Counted from the first letter of the stretch, positions 23,570 to 38,672 are shown. The stretch: DNA of 64,000 nucleotides from Vicugna vicugna (GCA_013265495.1 MU058009.1:2544001-2608000), one strand, 5' to 3'. Numbers and translations are program-made. The notes: generated by a model not told the origin, from the letters alone.

Positions 23570-24200
23570 GCCATTTTTTTAATTCTGTATTTTGAAATAA
23601 TTTCAGACAGAAAAGCAGCAAAAATAGTACAAAGAATTTCTGTGTTTCTTCACTCAAGTTCCCCGAATGTTACCATTTTACCATGTTTACCTTATAATTC
23701 TCTCTTTCTCTCTCCCTCTCTCCTTTTTTTTTTAACTTGAACTATTTGAGAGTAAGTTGCAGGCACAAAGCCCCTTTACTACTAAATTCTTCAGTGCCTG
23801 TTTCCTAAAAACAGGCCATTTTCTCACATAACCAGTCCTACTATCAAAATCAGGACGTTAGCATTGAAACAGCACTACTCCTCATTTACAGACCACATTC
23901 AAATTTTGCCAATTGTCTGATTACCGTCCTTTGTCGAGAAGGAAACACCTCTTTTCTGGCCAAGGATCCAATCGGGCATCGCACACGGCACATCCCACTG
24001 TCACGTCCCGAAGGTGCCCTCTGATCAGGAACAGTCCCTAGTCTTTCCTAGTTCTCCACAACCTTGACATTTCTGAAATGCACAGGCCATTTGTTCTTCA
24101 GAATATCCCTCAACTTGAGTTTGTCTGATGTTTTCTCATGGTTAGATTCGGGACACGTATTTTTAGCAGGAATTAATACCACAAAAGAGATGCTCTTCTT
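23570..24200 (-). mobile_element. Old L1MC-like fragment
   Basis: tattttgaaataatttcagac...tttgagagtaagttgcag...ccatttgttcttcagaatatccctcaacttgagtttgtctgatg. Confidence 0.6.
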
Positions 24201-27200
24201 TTCCCATACAGGAATTTGAGGGGGGTTTTTTTTCCAGCTTGGTTTATTGATCACACAAATACTCAAGTGCACAGTGTCCAGGCACTGGGATGCAGCGAGG
24301 GTCAAGGCAGGCTTCCCCACGCTCGCAGGAAACACACCAGCCCAGAGCATCTTTCTTAAAGGTGCTTATTATTTCTTTCATTTTAATTTTATTTATGTAT
24401 TTTCTAGTAGTTGGTAAATTCAGCTGGCTGAAAATTCAGAAGGTACAAAAAGGTATTCAGCGGGCAATCTCTCCACCTGGAATCTCTCAGCCACTCCTTA
24501 GAAGCACCTATATCACCAATTTTCCATCTGTTCTTCCAAAGATATTTTATGCACATACAGGCAAAAATATGAATTCTCTCTGCCTCTCCAACCACAAACA
24601 GCAGCGTACTATTGATTCTATACAAAGTAGCATCTCTTTTAAACCTGATTTATGCCACATGATACCACCCCTTTTAAGTTGTTCATACTATGTATCATTT
24701 CTTCATTCTTTACTACAACTGCATCGCTTCATTACATGAACATGTCATAATGTATTTAATCAATCTTGTGTTGATAAACATTTAGGTTATTTTTAATCTT
24801 TTGTGATGAATAAGTTTGGACATACAATGTGTTACATCTTGAATTCTTGCCAAGTCTCCGAGGGATGACACAGTGAGTTACAGTGGCTGAATGACTGTTC
24901 AGCAACTGTCAGTCTCTGAACGCCGGCACCGGGGCGCTCCCCTCCCTGTGCCCAGAGCGTGAGGCCGGGGGACACGGAGGGAAAGTGCGTGCTCTGACCT
25001 GTGCAGAGGCAGCACTTGGCACAAGAGGCACAGTGGTTAGGAGCTCGGGCTCTGCACCTGGGGTGGGGTAGCAATTCTGTGACTTAACTGATCTTCGGCA
25101 AAACCTGGAAGTTCTCTAAAGTCCTCTGCTTCTCTGTAAAATGAGGACCATAAGGTTATTGAGACAGCATGAAATAACATAGGTAAAATGCTTAACACAA
25201 TGCCTGCTACAGAATAAGCCCTCACATATTAGCTTTAAAAAAAAAAGTACTCAATCATACCACATGGTTCTGTTTGTCTGCCTCCCATCTCAACTCTAAG
25301 TTCCTTCAGGTCAAGGAAAGTGAGTAACTCTAGACCTGGCATCTAGATTAGTGGCAGATCCTCAGTGATTTGTGTGCATTGGCTGAAAGACACCACAGAG
25401 TGCAGTGGGAAGACAGAAGACATCTGATCCCAACGGGGGTGTCCAGGCATGGCTTCTCGGAGAAGGTGACACTTGGAGGAGGAAGAGGAAGAAGCAAGCA
25501 GAGGTGGGAAGGGACAGGATATTTACTCCAGACTGAAATACCTTTTTTCTAATCTTGCCAAAATAAGGAAATAGGCATTACATGATAAAAAATAGCAGAA
25601 ACTGCACAAGGGAAGGATAAAGGGGGAGAAAAAGGGAAATAACTGCTTAGCAGATGCAGAGAAAAATTACAGAACAGTTAATCTACACGGAAAGTCTGCA
25701 GGTAAAATTAGCTAAATAGGGGTGAAACACGGCCCACAATGGCAGTGCCCAGTAATTTCAGAATACCGTTAGCAAACAAAGAAGCCTGAGATGTGAAAAC
25801 TCTCTCATTCAAAAAGTGCCTGGAATCTAAAACAGCGATACCAAATACCCAGTTCTTGTTCTTTAGGACAGAATCGCAAGACCCATGGAGCTTCTGTAAC
25901 TATGAAACTACTTGAAACACCAGTGTGACCTTCTGCATTTATCTACTGTTCAATACATTGTTGAAGGAAACTGCACTCCAGTCATGACTCGACTACTACA
26001 TAAGTGGCTCTAAATCCTCTCGCATCAGAGACCTCGTCTGTAAAATGAGAGTATGAAGCGGTTTCTAAAATCTACTCGAGCCTTAAGCTTAGATGGGAAG
26101 CAGCAGAGCACAGCAGGAAATCCAGACTCTGAAGCGAACGTCCCGGCCTCCCGACTGGCTCAGGGCTCAGCAGTCACACCCCCGGTGTAACCACTAAAAC
26201 TCCCCGAGCCTCAACAGCGGTCTGTGCAAAATGGAGATAATAATCACGTCCTGGTGACACCGAGAGGGCGACATGACACACAGAAAGATCTAGGCCCAGA
26301 CCAGCACACAGCAGTGCTCCAGTGTATCAGCTTCCGTATTTTACAGGTGAGCTGTAAGAGCTTCAAAATTTTCAAAACATGTCATATTTTTCAAGCCTAG
26401 TAATTCATCAAATAACAAATGCCCTGGACCTGAACTTCCTTTACAGCAAGGCTTGTCATATTTGTTTTCCTTTTTTATTTTTTTATTTGTTAATGGTACA
26501 ATTTATAGAGCCCCGTTGATCCTGGTTTATAGGAGACGGGGAGGGAGGAGTCCAGGAGCGGCTCCAGCGCTGTCCAACAGGCAGGTGCTGACAGGCTCCG
26601 TTAGCGAGGGGCAGGCCTCCTTCCACTCCTCTGCCACAGACCTGAGAGAACCCAGAGCCTCAGACTCTACCTTGTCTGGAAAATGGTCGTCCATCTTCCC
26701 TCCTTTTACCCACTGTCCAAAATGTTAGAGACTTCATTTCCAGGAAGAGAAGCATTTCTATCCTCTCTAGGGATTTTATTCACAAATATTTATTAAATAC
26801 TTAGTATGCGTCAGGTACTGTCCTGGGTCCTTAAGAAACACATATATATGTATGTTAGGAAACATATTCATATGTATGTATTATATATACATTTTACATA
26901 CATACACACACACACACACATATGAATGAGTAGTGTTATATAGTTGAAAGTATGAGCTTTAGAATCAGACAAGTCTGGGTTCTATGCCTCCAAATCTACC
27001 ATGTGCTTAGGAGGCCTGATGTCAGTCAGCCACAAACAGATGCTCGGTCTCACTGGGAAATCCAAATTATCTGCTCAGTGTGGCTGCTGTAAGAATTAAC
27101 AGTCTGCACCTCATCAAGTCTCTAACGCGCTTTTCTCACGTTAACATCTCTGAACGAGGTCTGTTCTGCAACACTGGGTCCCGCAGTCGCTGTCACCCAG

Positions 27201-29539
27201 GGGCGGTCAGGACATGGATGCACCGCCCGCCTGTGTGTGACCTTGCTCACGGCCCTTCATGACTTCAGCCCCTGCTTCGCTGAATCACGTGTGTTGTCGG
27301 CAGCAGACACTCTGAGTGTAACTGCCATTTTAAATGTCTTCGAAAAGATGACATCATAATTTGCCATTAAAACTGAAAGACGTGGGAACAGGAGCTGGGC
27401 ATGAATTTGATTAGGGAAGCAGACATCCACCACTGGAAAAATGACATTGCCAACCAAACCTATGGGACTCGGGTACAAGAGACGGCAGTGCAAATGGTGC
27501 TGGTATTGGGCATTCTGATTTCTGAGCCACATGGGAAGATGGGCCTGCCACAGGCCAAGTGAGAAAACACCAGGATCAGAACTCTCAGAATGGGCACCAG
27601 CCGCTGGGAAGTCTGCACATCAGGTGATCATTCCTCCGACTTTTCCTGCGCACGAAAAGGGCTTCAGAGACTATCGGCTAAGGGTTCTCTTCTTTGAAAG
27701 GTTGTTTTCTCCAGCCCAGGTTGTGGTACTCCTTTCTTCATGCCTCACAAGAGGCACACAAACAAATCTTTCCTCGTGACCACCCAAGAAACGTGGGCTT
27801 TATTTTCCTAGTTCAGGTAAGACAATTCCACGCACCAAAAGACAAAGACTGATCCTCCCATCCCATCTGACAGTTTGTCAGCAACGCACCAGAACCCCAT
27901 CAGGTCATCCAAAAGAACTCTCACCATTTGCTCAAGGAGAAACCCAGGCTAAGGGCATGCTGGGGGTCTGAGCCTGACAATTCCACATGAGTATCCTTGA
28001 GAGTTCAAAAGGAACCAGCACTCAGTGTGCGTTCTAAAGAGAGAGAAGCCTTGATGTCTGCCTTTTCCCTTTTTACAGAGAATAGCTGGTTGGCTGGCAA
28101 AATGTGGCAGCAGTTTCAAAGAGAAATCTAACAGGAGTCCCCCCTCTGCTCTTACAAGATTTCGGGGGGAAACCACAAACAGTGGTCTGTCACAGACTAC
28201 AGACCATTAGCATCCGACCTGAGGGATGTTCACAGAGTAAACGCACACGGACCAAGGAACAGAGCACCACCGTCTCCCAAAGACACTGCCGCCATCCGCC
28301 CCCACCCGCCAGCGGGCTGCAGAAGGCAGGGTCCCCCATCCCACCAAGATGACTTCAGGCTGGTCTGCACCTCTGTAGGGCTCTAAGCCAGAGCCCGCTC
28401 CAAGGTTTGACCTTCCAGCGATGGCAGCAGAGATTTCGAGGTGCTTCTTAGGGAACCTCTTCTATGGTGGGCCCTGAATTCCAGTGTTTTCTTCCCAGCA
28501 AAGTGAGACTCCCTAAATCCCACTCTGCTAGCCAGCTGCTCTTGGCTGGACCGCCAGCCTCCTGACCCACACAGCCTGGGCAGCAAGAGCTCGAGGGGAA
28601 AACCGGCTGGATCTCAGGCTCCCTCCTTGCCTCGGGGGTGCCGGCTGCTCTGCTCTGACAGCCTTCGCAGCTCTTCACCCGAAATGTTTATCTCTGAAGC
28701 CCCCAAAGTGCCCTTTCCCACCAGCTTCCCAGCCTCCTGGGAATCAGAAAATGCTCCAAGGGGAAAGTCAGGTGCAAAACACTGGGCTCATTTCAGAAAG
28801 CATCCCCTTTCTCCAGAATCTGACCTCTCAGAACTGGCTGCCTTGGTAGGAAACTGAGGGCAATCCTAGGGGATGAGACGGTGGGAAACATGCCCCCTTT
28901 GACCTTGTGTCTATGTTTATCAGACTTTGAGAACTTGTGGGCACCGGTTACGGGTAGACCCTGGTAAGAAGAGCACTGTCATGGGGCATGTCTGATATGA
29001 CACAGTGTCATCAAGATATAACAGGATCACTAAACAGGTCATTGCTTTTTCAAGGAGCAGAAAGCAACGCGAAAGCTTTAGAATATCAGCGGGATCTAAA
29101 AACACCGTGTTGTTATTAAAACGTGATTCTCCCCACTTTGAAAGTAAACACTCCTCCACATGCACTGCAATGGAGGAAAGGTCCCCAGTCCCACCCAAGA
29201 CCAAGCTCTCGGCTCGGGCTGCTCTGTGCTGGTCCGGCTGGTCCCTCCAGGGCTGCACACCCCACCCACTGCAGCATCAGCGCCCCCCCGTAGGACCATT
29301 CACATCGGCACATGTGCACGGCACCCCCATCGTTATTATGCACGGGTTATATTTCAGTAAAATGTTTATGTTAAACAAACTTTCCCCTGAGCCCACTGAC
29401 CCACTCGCCGACCTCCACCTCTCTCTGCTCCTTCTCACACATGGCCACCTCCACTTCCTTCCCCCACATTCCCTTCCCAACTGGGCTTCCACCCCACCAC
29501 CCCAGGCTGCACTTGTTTTTTCCACCTTTTTTTCTTTCT

Positions 29540-29770
29540 TTTTTTGGAGGGAGAAATTAGGTTTATTTATTTTTTTAATGGCAGTACTGGGGATTGAACC
29601 CAGGACCTAGTGCATGCTAAGCACGCACCCTACCACTGAGCTACACCACTCTTTCTTTTTTTGGGGGGGGGCAATTAGGTTTATTTATTTTTTTAATGGC
29701 AGTACTGGGGATTGAACCCAGGACCTAGTGCATGCTAAGCACGCACCCTACCACTGAGCTACACCCACCC
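29540..29770 (-). mobile_element. Two tandem tRNA-derived SINEs (Vic-1-like)
   Basis: 29555-29647 and 29673-29765 are identical 93-nt SINE copies. Confidence 0.92.
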
Positions 29771-31189
29771 CTCCCCACAGCTAGTTCTTAAATGAACACA
29801 TGGAACAGTCCTGCCTTAGGAGGGAATCCGCTGCTTCATGAAAACTCTTTAAGGATGAATTCTCATCAATAAAAAGTGTATTATCATTAAAAATGACAGT
29901 GCACTAATGCTAACATGGTTGAGAAACTAAGTACACATATAATATCAATGCTTATAACTGAACTTGAATGAGCAGGAAGGAAAAAAAAACACAAAGAGGA
30001 GAAAAAGCAAATTACTCATGACATCATCCAGTACTGTAAACTAGCAAATCCAAATATTCACGCCAACTGTATGACTACAAAGGTATGCGGAACTCAGCTG
30101 CTCTTACGTTACACAAAATCAAAATCAGTCCTTGTAAATGCAGAGAGTACAGTGCAAGCCCAACATGGTAGTAAAAGGAATTCTCTGAGAAGCTCACTCA
30201 TTATAACCTAAGATGTTCATCTTGCCGGGTGACTGTACAGTGTCTGAAATGTCTGTATCCCTGACCTGGGTCATGATCACGACAGCACCGTGAGATTAGT
30301 TCAGATGCCACCACCCCCATCACACTTGGAGGAGCCGACCTTACAGTGGTTAAAACCCAGGCTCAAGCTGGCACGGCCAAGGCCGGGGGAGGGCAGTTCC
30401 GGGACTAGAATGTACATCTCACGCCTTCCCCGCGGCCTCGTGCAACCTGCCTTAGTTAACAGGATGGACAGCAATCCAGGGATGACAGTCAGAAGTGTCG
30501 GAAGTCACACATCAACAGTATTCCCCCACGTAGGTCCTTACACAATACCTGGTGCCTCACCCTGACCCTCTGCTGCCTGCCATCCACCCACTCCCTCCTC
30601 CCCCACCTCCAGTGCCGCTGCATGAATTCGCAGGAGAGGAACAGAGCCCCACAGTCAGGTGGCTGGGATGCAGGCTCCTCAGCCGCCACCCGCTCACTGC
30701 GAGACCGGGGACAAGCCACTTTACTTCTCGGGCCTGAACTCCCTCATTTATAAAATAGGAACAACAGCAATGAAACCATGAAATCAGTGACATAAAACAC
30801 CACACCTGGCGTCTGGGAAACACTTGGAAATGCTCATTGCTGCGGTTGTTCTGGTTACTGATATTAATCATTGATGCACCCTAACAGTTCGTGTCCACTC
30901 CTACGGGGGACAGGAAGGGGCGCCTCTGGCTCTTGCCCTGCTACTGTGGAAGCAGCACATTCCTGGACTTCAACTCACGCAGAGGGTGAGCTCTCCACTC
31001 CCAGTAAAGGCTCTTCCAGCTAAGGAGACGTACATCGTAGCTTCAGAATTATAGCTGAACATAACTTACGTGGCTCACTCTCAGCAAAATACTAATCTGC
31101 TTAACAGCGGCAACATCTTTCACGCCATGTCAGCTAACCGTACCAAGCCGCCTTCGCTAGTGCTATTCCAGTGGCATAGCAACCACTAG

Positions 31190-31870
31190 CGAGTGTCGCT
31201 GAGTGAGAAGGAAAACTGGAACCTTCACACCCTGCTGGTGAGAGCGCAAAACAGTGCAGCTGCTGTGGAAAACAGCCTGGCAATTTCTAAAGGCTAAACA
31301 GAGTTATCAAATGACCCAGCGATTTGTCACCAAGGTATAAAAAACCCAAAGTAAGTAAAAACACATGTCCACATTACAACTTGTGCCCGAATGTTCATGG
31401 CAGCACAACTCATAACAGCTATAAAATGGAAACAACCTGAATATCCATCAACTGATGAACAGAGAGAGAAAATGCAGAATCCATGTAATGGAATACCACT
31501 CAGCAAAAAAAGGGCATGAAACTCTGCTACATGCTACAGCAAGAATGAGCCCTGAAAACTCTGCTAAGTGAAAGAAGCTGGTCACAAAGGAGCACATGCT
31601 GAATGATTCCATTCATATGAAATATGCAGAAAAACAAATCAACAGCGATAGAAAGTGGGTAAGTGGTCGCCCAGGGGTTGGGATGAAATGGGGAATTAAG
31701 GGGTGATGACTAAGAGGTGTGGAGTTTCTGTGGGGGTTATGAAAATATTTTAAAATTGATTGTGCCGACAGCTGCATAACAGTGAGTATACTAAAGCCAC
31801 TGAATTGTTTGCTTTAAATGAGTGAATTGTATGGTATGTGGATTAAATCTCAAGCTGTTTTTTAAAAGGA
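31190..31870 (+). mobile_element. L1MB-like 3' fragment
   Basis: aactggaaccttcacaccctgctggtgag...gctgtggaaaacagcctggcaatttc...ccactgaattg...tgaattgtatggtatgtg. Confidence 0.8.
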
Positions 31871-34230
31871 AAAAAAAGATGGGCATTTAAATCAATGCGA
31901 ACCTTCTAGGAAGCAATTTGGTGATAAACATCAATAACTTAATATATAGAGAGACAGACAGAGAGAAAGGGAGAATAATATTTGGGCATTTCTGATGAAA
32001 GCAGCTTGAGAAAGTTCCAGAGGCAAGGGAAACTGAGAATGTGCTCAGGCACTAGTAACTATAAGAGGGAAAAGCCTCAAATGACAGGACAGGCCTACAG
32101 AAGACTTCAAGGTGAAGAAGTCCAGCTCCCAAAGTTTAGGAACTGGTTTTATCACATTCACCTAAGAACCTAGGCAAAAAAAAATCAGCAAATTCCAGAC
32201 TCTCACCCTGGAATTTTGTATTCCATCAATTGCAGAGGCAGAGGGGAGAGCAGGAATCCTCGTTTACAAACCTCTCCAGATGATCTGAAGTCAGTCAGAC
32301 CGGGCTAACCTTTCACAACAGGGTAAGAAGAATGTTTTATCATGGCAGTAACACTTCTTAGAAAATCATTCTAGAAGCAGTATGAGGAACTGATTATATC
32401 AAGGCCATGAACTGCCTTTAGGAAGCAGGGGACAAAGGTGAACACTGAATTCTTACTCCAACTTCATGATACTAACAGCTATTAACACACAGACTCTCAG
32501 TGCTCAAAGTCACCTTTTAAAAAAGAGACTTTCTAAAATTACTGAACAGAACTTTAGCAAGAATCCTTACAGCTTTCTTCAAAACATGCAACTTACCAGC
32601 TTCTCTAATATGCGTGTGCTACATACGTCTCAGAATTCTGAAAAGACTGGGTGGTTGTTCATTCAGGGGGTCTTCCTTGCCAATCAGATTAGTCTCAAGC
32701 ACATTTGATTTTTTAGCTTCCCTTCGCCACATGATAACAAGCAAATCTGTCCCGTGCACTTACCAGGAATATTTGAAATAAGCTTTGTATACAAATATGG
32801 ATTTATGAGGAACAGTTGAAGACTGAAAGATTGATACAAATGACTCATCACGTAACACTAAGCACCCATGTTTTCTGGCTGTGCGTAACAGATTGTGTAG
32901 CCGTGAGCACAGTCCCTCCAGCCCCCTTTCCCACAGTCGCGTTTGTTCGCAAGAGAGCTGGCGGGGGTACAAATCCGAGCTGCGGCCCGGGTACCCCTGT
33001 ACGCAGAAGGCCATCTGGCCCACTTATCTCCAGCTCTTTTGTTGAACTAGCAATTGCAGTAACTAAATAGGAGACTTGCAGGTGGGTCTTCTGGGGCCCT
33101 GAAAGCCTTTCTCACAGATGGTTCTGGGTGGTAACTGACTCGACAATCACAAATCCAGATTAGGATAAAATATTCGATAATGTAAAGAGGCATAATCTCA
33201 AGTACTAAGCTATTTCCTCAGTAAATTCAAGGGCTTTAAAATGTTTTAACTAGAAAAAAAAGAAATCTAATATTAAGATTGCTTAGAGGAAACTATTCTA
33301 GAGCACAATTTTTAAAATTTAAGAGTCTATAATACAGCTCCTGAAACGTGCACAGCCTCTTTTCAAAGAGACTTGGACCATGGCCCTGCCTGGGACTAAG
33401 AAGCAAAGTGACAGTGTTTGAAGTAACTGCCTTTATATCCAACTCAGTTCCCCTGTGAACAGGTAATTTGGGCCTTGACCTCCTGTTCATTTCCAAATTC
33501 TCATTCCTCCACCTCAGTCACTTGTCTGCAAAGTTAAATATGAAACACAGGATGGTCAAAAACAAGCATTTGATGAACAAGGTGGTGAGCCCAGGCAGAC
33601 GACACAATGAGGCAGTTACTGCCTTCATAAAAACTCTGTGTTACTGGCATATAATCAACACTTGTGATCTAATTTCAACCTCCTCCATCTTAATAAAGCT
33701 ACTACAGAAGGCCAGCAATCCACTGGCCTAGTACTCAGAGATGTCTTCTACAAGCCAGGACGTTTCTTAAAGTGTTTTCTCAGTACAGAGTACTGGGAAA
33801 ATACTGGACGCGAAGGCAAGTGAAAGTTCTTTATCTTGACAGCTGGAATAGTAACAGCTGGTTTACCTACTCCCAGGCCCACCGATGAGAGGGAGCGGGA
33901 TGTTGGTTACAGTTACTACAGTGGTAAAGGGTGTATTCCCACTGTTAGTAACTATTTAACTTATGAAGCTGAGTATTAGATCATGAAGGCACCGTAATCC
34001 AGAAAAGTCTTATTTCCAAGTAAAAGAATGACTTAATACATTTTCATTATTAAATAATTAATTAGAGAATAAATATGTCTTAACTGTACGCAAGGGTTCT
34101 CTCAACTGACGTATTTCACTAGATAATATGCATATTTCAACTTAAAATTTTGATAGAATTTTAAAACTATGTGATTAGCACTTTCTTCCATAAGGAGACA
34201 CAAAACAGTGGCATCCTATTCCTGTTTAGA

Positions 34231-34372
34231 GCAGAGAGGGTGTAGCTCAGCAGCAGGGTGCGTGCTTAGCATGCATGAGGTCCCGGGTTCAGTCCCCAGT
34301 ACCTCCATTAAATAAATAAACCAATAAATAAACCTAATTACCCTCCTCTCCAAAAAAACAAATAAACAAAAA
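34231..34372 (+). mobile_element. tRNA-derived SINE (Vic-1-like)
   Basis: gagggtgtagctcag...gtgcttagcatgcatgaggtcccgggttcagtccccagtacctcc with tail aataaacctaattaccc. Confidence 0.9.
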
Positions 34373-35464
34373 TGTCCAGAATTTTATTCCTGTTTGGAAC
34401 CATCAGTCATACCTACCCTGCAAACACTTACTGGACCACTTCCTTCAGGTGTAGGCTACACATGTTGGACTCATTTGCAAATCCAGAGGAGATAAGGGAG
34501 ACCACAAAATTAGAATCCCTTAACAGATGCAGCTCTTTAGTTTAGAAATCAGCATAATCACAGTTCATCTGACAGAAAACACACACCGTGGATACTCAAC
34601 ATCACTGAAGGACAAACCCAGCAGCACAGTAATAACTGTGGCGACTGCCCCTTACTGAGCATCTGTCACATGCCAGGCGTCGTGAGGCGGCCTTTAAATA
34701 CTCAGTTTCCCTGAATCCTCACAACAACCAAAAGTTATTACTTTCCAAGGTCATAGCGCCGAGAAGTGGGATGTGACCCCAGGCCCCCTGTATATAGAGA
34801 GAGCGTAAACGGCTCTTTCCTTCTCTGCTGCACACCTTTCCTCTGAGGCAAAGCTGCCAGAACCAAGCGTGGCTCCACCGGCTGCCAGCTCGGCCTCCCA
34901 CCAGATGATGCAATCACTGGGCGAGGCTTGAGCTCAAAGGAACCAGGAGAGGTTGTAATCTCCCAGACCCATAAACAGATTTAATTAAGCAAAGGATTCA
35001 ATAGCCAGAGAGCTGCGGTAACTAACTAGAAAGCTATGGTGAAGGGTATTCCCTCTAAAAATCCATATGACAATTTTTTTTCAACACAACAATGTATTTA
35101 TCAAATGCCTATTCTGTGCCCAGCATTGTTTTGGGAAATGAAGAACAGATTGGATGGAAGATTTTATTAACATATTCAGCAGAATAAGAAAATATATAAA
35201 TAACATTTATTTACCATTGCGCTGAAAAAAAAAAGCTGTTTGTGTACAGAACACAGCAGCCCTCAAATGTTAACTAAATCAGCTCATATCAGGAAAATTA
35301 ATTACTCCAGATACTCTTCATGGTTCTCTCGTGCATATGCAGTTCTCTAACAGAGGAATTGCCAGGCTGTAGAGTCTGCGCATCTCTGACTTTCTAGGCA
35401 ATGCCAAGCTGCTTCCTAAGTAGTCATACCAGTTTCTATTCCTACCAGCCAGCTATGACTATGT

Positions 35465-35640
35465 TCTTTTTTTTTTTTAATTCTTGTTTTTTTATGAAGT
35501 GTAGTCAATTCACAATGTTAGTTTCAGGTGTACAGCAAAGTGACTCAGTTATACATACACATAACTTTTTTTTTCAAGATTCTTTTCCACTACAGCTCAT
35601 TAACAAGAAACTGAATATAGCTCCCTGTGCTATACAGTAG
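35465..35640 (-). mobile_element. L1 3' end fragment inserted in older L1M
   Basis: T-run, then gaagtgtagtcaattcacaatgttagtttcaggtgtacagc...gaatatagctccctgtgctatacagtag. Confidence 0.8.
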
Positions 35641-35876
35641 TGGTGTGACCGCTCTATCGCTCACCAACTTCAGGACTTGGTATTGCCAGCTGTAATTCAG
35701 GGGCACAGTAACATGGCACTGTGGTTGTAATTTGCACCTCCTTGTTATTAACAAGGTTGAACACCTTCACATATGTTTATCAGAGTTTTGGATTTCTCCT
35801 CTTCTGAAGTGCCTGTTCAAGAGTTTTGCCCATTACTCTTAGGGCATGTAACATCTCATATCACAAACCTTTCTCT

Positions 35877-36013
35877 AAGGCGGAGGGTACAGCTCAGTGG
35901 TAGAGCGCGTGCTTAGCATGCACGAGGTCCTGGGTTCAACCCCCAGTACCTCCTCTAAAAAGTAAATAAACCTAATTTACCTCCTTCCTGCCCCCCACCC
36001 CACAAAAAAAAAA
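35877..36013 (+). mobile_element. tRNA-derived SINE (Vic-1-like) with TSD
   Basis: ggagggtacagctcagtggtagagcgcgtgcttagcatgcacgaggtcctgggttcaacccc; TSD aaacctttctct at 35865-35876 and 36014-36025. Confidence 0.92.
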
Positions 36014-37794
36014 AAACCTTTCTCTCCACTGAGTCATGAACATATACTCCTGTGTCAACTTCTAAATGTTTTACTGTTTGGCCTTTTATCTTCCATGCCT
36101 CCTAGATAATAAATCAAGTGTTTGAGTATGTGTGAGACTGTCCGGACTCCTTGTGGTGCTCTATTGGTCTATTCCTCTATCTTTGTGCCAGTATCACAAA
36201 GGTATAGTAGATTGACAATGTTATGTTCATTTCTGGTGTACAGCACACTGATTCAGTTATACACGTATGTTCCCTTTCACATTCTTTTCCCTTACAGACT
36301 ATGACAAGACACTGAATACAGTTCTCCACACTATCTTAATTATTGTAGCTCTTCCTGAGCCCTAGGACACTAGTTTTTCCAACTTCTTTTTCTTTGTCAG
36401 GAGTGCTTTTGCCTCGGCAAAAATTGTTATCAGCTTGTCTAGTTTTTTTTTTTTTAATTTGCTGGGTTTACTTTAAATCTGTAAGTCAGTTTCCAAAGAA
36501 TTTATGCCTTACAATATTAAATCTTCCAATCCTCGATCCAGTGTGTCTCTCCATTTATTTAGATTTTATTTAAAGTCACTCAATAAAGCTTTAGAATTTT
36601 TTTCTGTAAAGGTCTTATGCATATTTTGTTAGACTTAAAATACATCACCTACAGCTTATAACTGTTGAAAAACCATGAATCTGAAAGAGCCATGATTTTT
36701 TAAATGATGTACAAATATAGATAGTCTTTTGATACAATACCTAAGGTTTGGGAAAAGTATATATAAATATGAGTATCAACTTTCTTAAATTTTTTAAATG
36801 AAACAAAGTTCATCAGAGCACAATGACTGCTCCATAACTTGGTTTTACTTCTAGAATCATTGTTTTGTGGTTACATCACTGCAGTGGTTTAACATACTTG
36901 AGAAAACTTGTGTGTCATGTAACAAGTGTCCTAAGCATCTATTGGTCAGAGGTCCTTGTATCTGTCAAGTTATGAAGTCCTGGAAATCCAGAATAATTTC
37001 AATTCATCAACTTCAAGAGAAAAAGAATAAAAGAGAAGATGAATAAATGATGAGTAAGAGGCTAAAATCTTATAAATATACACGCCACTGCCTGGGACGG
37101 CCCAGGCACCTGCCCAGACACTCGCTCCCGCCTCTCTCACATAATTCACTAAACTTCTGCCTCCTTTTTCTCATTTGTAAAGTAGTTACAACACTGTTCT
37201 GTCACTATCACACAATAAGGATTAAATGTAAACAGGTGCCTTAGAAAGGACACTTAAAAAGTCAGTCAAACACAAAGCAATAATTAGTCACAGGATTATA
37301 GCTAGTCCTCTCTCAGAAGAACATTACTGTAAGGTTGTCTATAATCATGGCTTGTGGCAAGACTGATAATAACCCCCAACAAATTGGCCCCGAAACCTTC
37401 AAGCCATGCCAACAAGAAGGTGAGCTTTCCACACAAAAAATAAGAATTTTGAAGGAAAGGAGGAAAATTTCAGAAATCACTTTGAATGTCTAAAGTTAAC
37501 TGTATTCACTCCTTTATCCCTCTGAACATCTTAGAGTCTCAACAAGCGAACGGCATTTTTGTCCTGCATTCTACATGAGAGGACTAACTGGTATCCAAAG
37601 CTTCTAGGAACCTATAATATGTTTAGGAAGCAAGAAATAAGCACAAACAGTTCCTCCATGATACTAATTAAGCACTCAGTAAACTTACAATTATTACAAA
37701 GCAGTACAAAACTCCTGGAGCACATTCAGAGACAACAGGGATCACTTGCAAGCCATCCAGTCCAGCAAGGAATGCGTGACTTCACCTTGCTCCA

Positions 37795-38672
37795 GGACAG
37801 GGCGGCCCCAGACACCTGTCGGTGGTACGGCCCACGGATGAAGAATGGCTTTTACATTCTAAAATGATTGAAACTTTATCAGAATGATTTTAGGATACAG
37901 GACCCTTTTATAACATAAAACAAAGACAATATTGTGTATCAGGAGTTAGCAAACTTCTTCTGCTAAGACAGTCAATATTTTAGGCTTTTCAGGCCATATA
38001 TGATATCTGTCACATATTTTTTTCTATTGTCTTTTTTTTTTTAACAACTCTTTACATATAAAAACCATTCTTAGTGTGGAGTTTTTAGAGAAGCAGGCCA
38101 CAGGTTGAATTTGCCCCATGGGCTACAGTTTAACTCCAGCTATATATGGATTGATACATATATTTATACATAAAAGTATAGAAAATATAAAATGCATTCA
38201 CAGAAGAGTCACAATAGTTCTTACCTCGGAGAGGAGATAAAGCAGAATAGGAAGGGGATGTTAAGACAAAGGGTCATATTAATCTGGAATGTTTTATTTA
38301 TTTCATTAAAAATCTAAAGCAAATATGAAAAAAAAAAGGTTACCAATGGTTCAATTTGGGATCATGGGTGCACGATGCTCTGTTTTCGTTACTCTTTATA
38401 CTTTCTTGCTTTAAATTCTGTAAATAAAAGCATAATCAAGAAAAATTAAATTAAATTTAAATTAAATGGTTGAAAAGATTCAAGAATATTTCATGACACA
38501 TGGAAATTACATTACTTCCAGTTTCAGGATCCATAAATAAAGTTTCATTGGAACCCGGGATGCTTTCCCACAAGGGGTGGAGAGTAGTGTGTGACGGGGA
38601 CCAGGTGGCCCCCAAAGCTGCAAATGGTTACTATCTGGTTCTTTACCAAAAAAAAGTTTACTGACCACTGCT
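37795..38672. mobile_element. MER58-like hAT fragments (copy at ~37940-38140 lying between pieces at ~37795-37870 and ~38460-38672)
   Basis: caggagttagcaaacttcttctg...tttaggcttttcaggccata; ccataaataaagtttcattggaac...actatctggttctttac...gtttactgaccactg. Confidence 0.65.
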
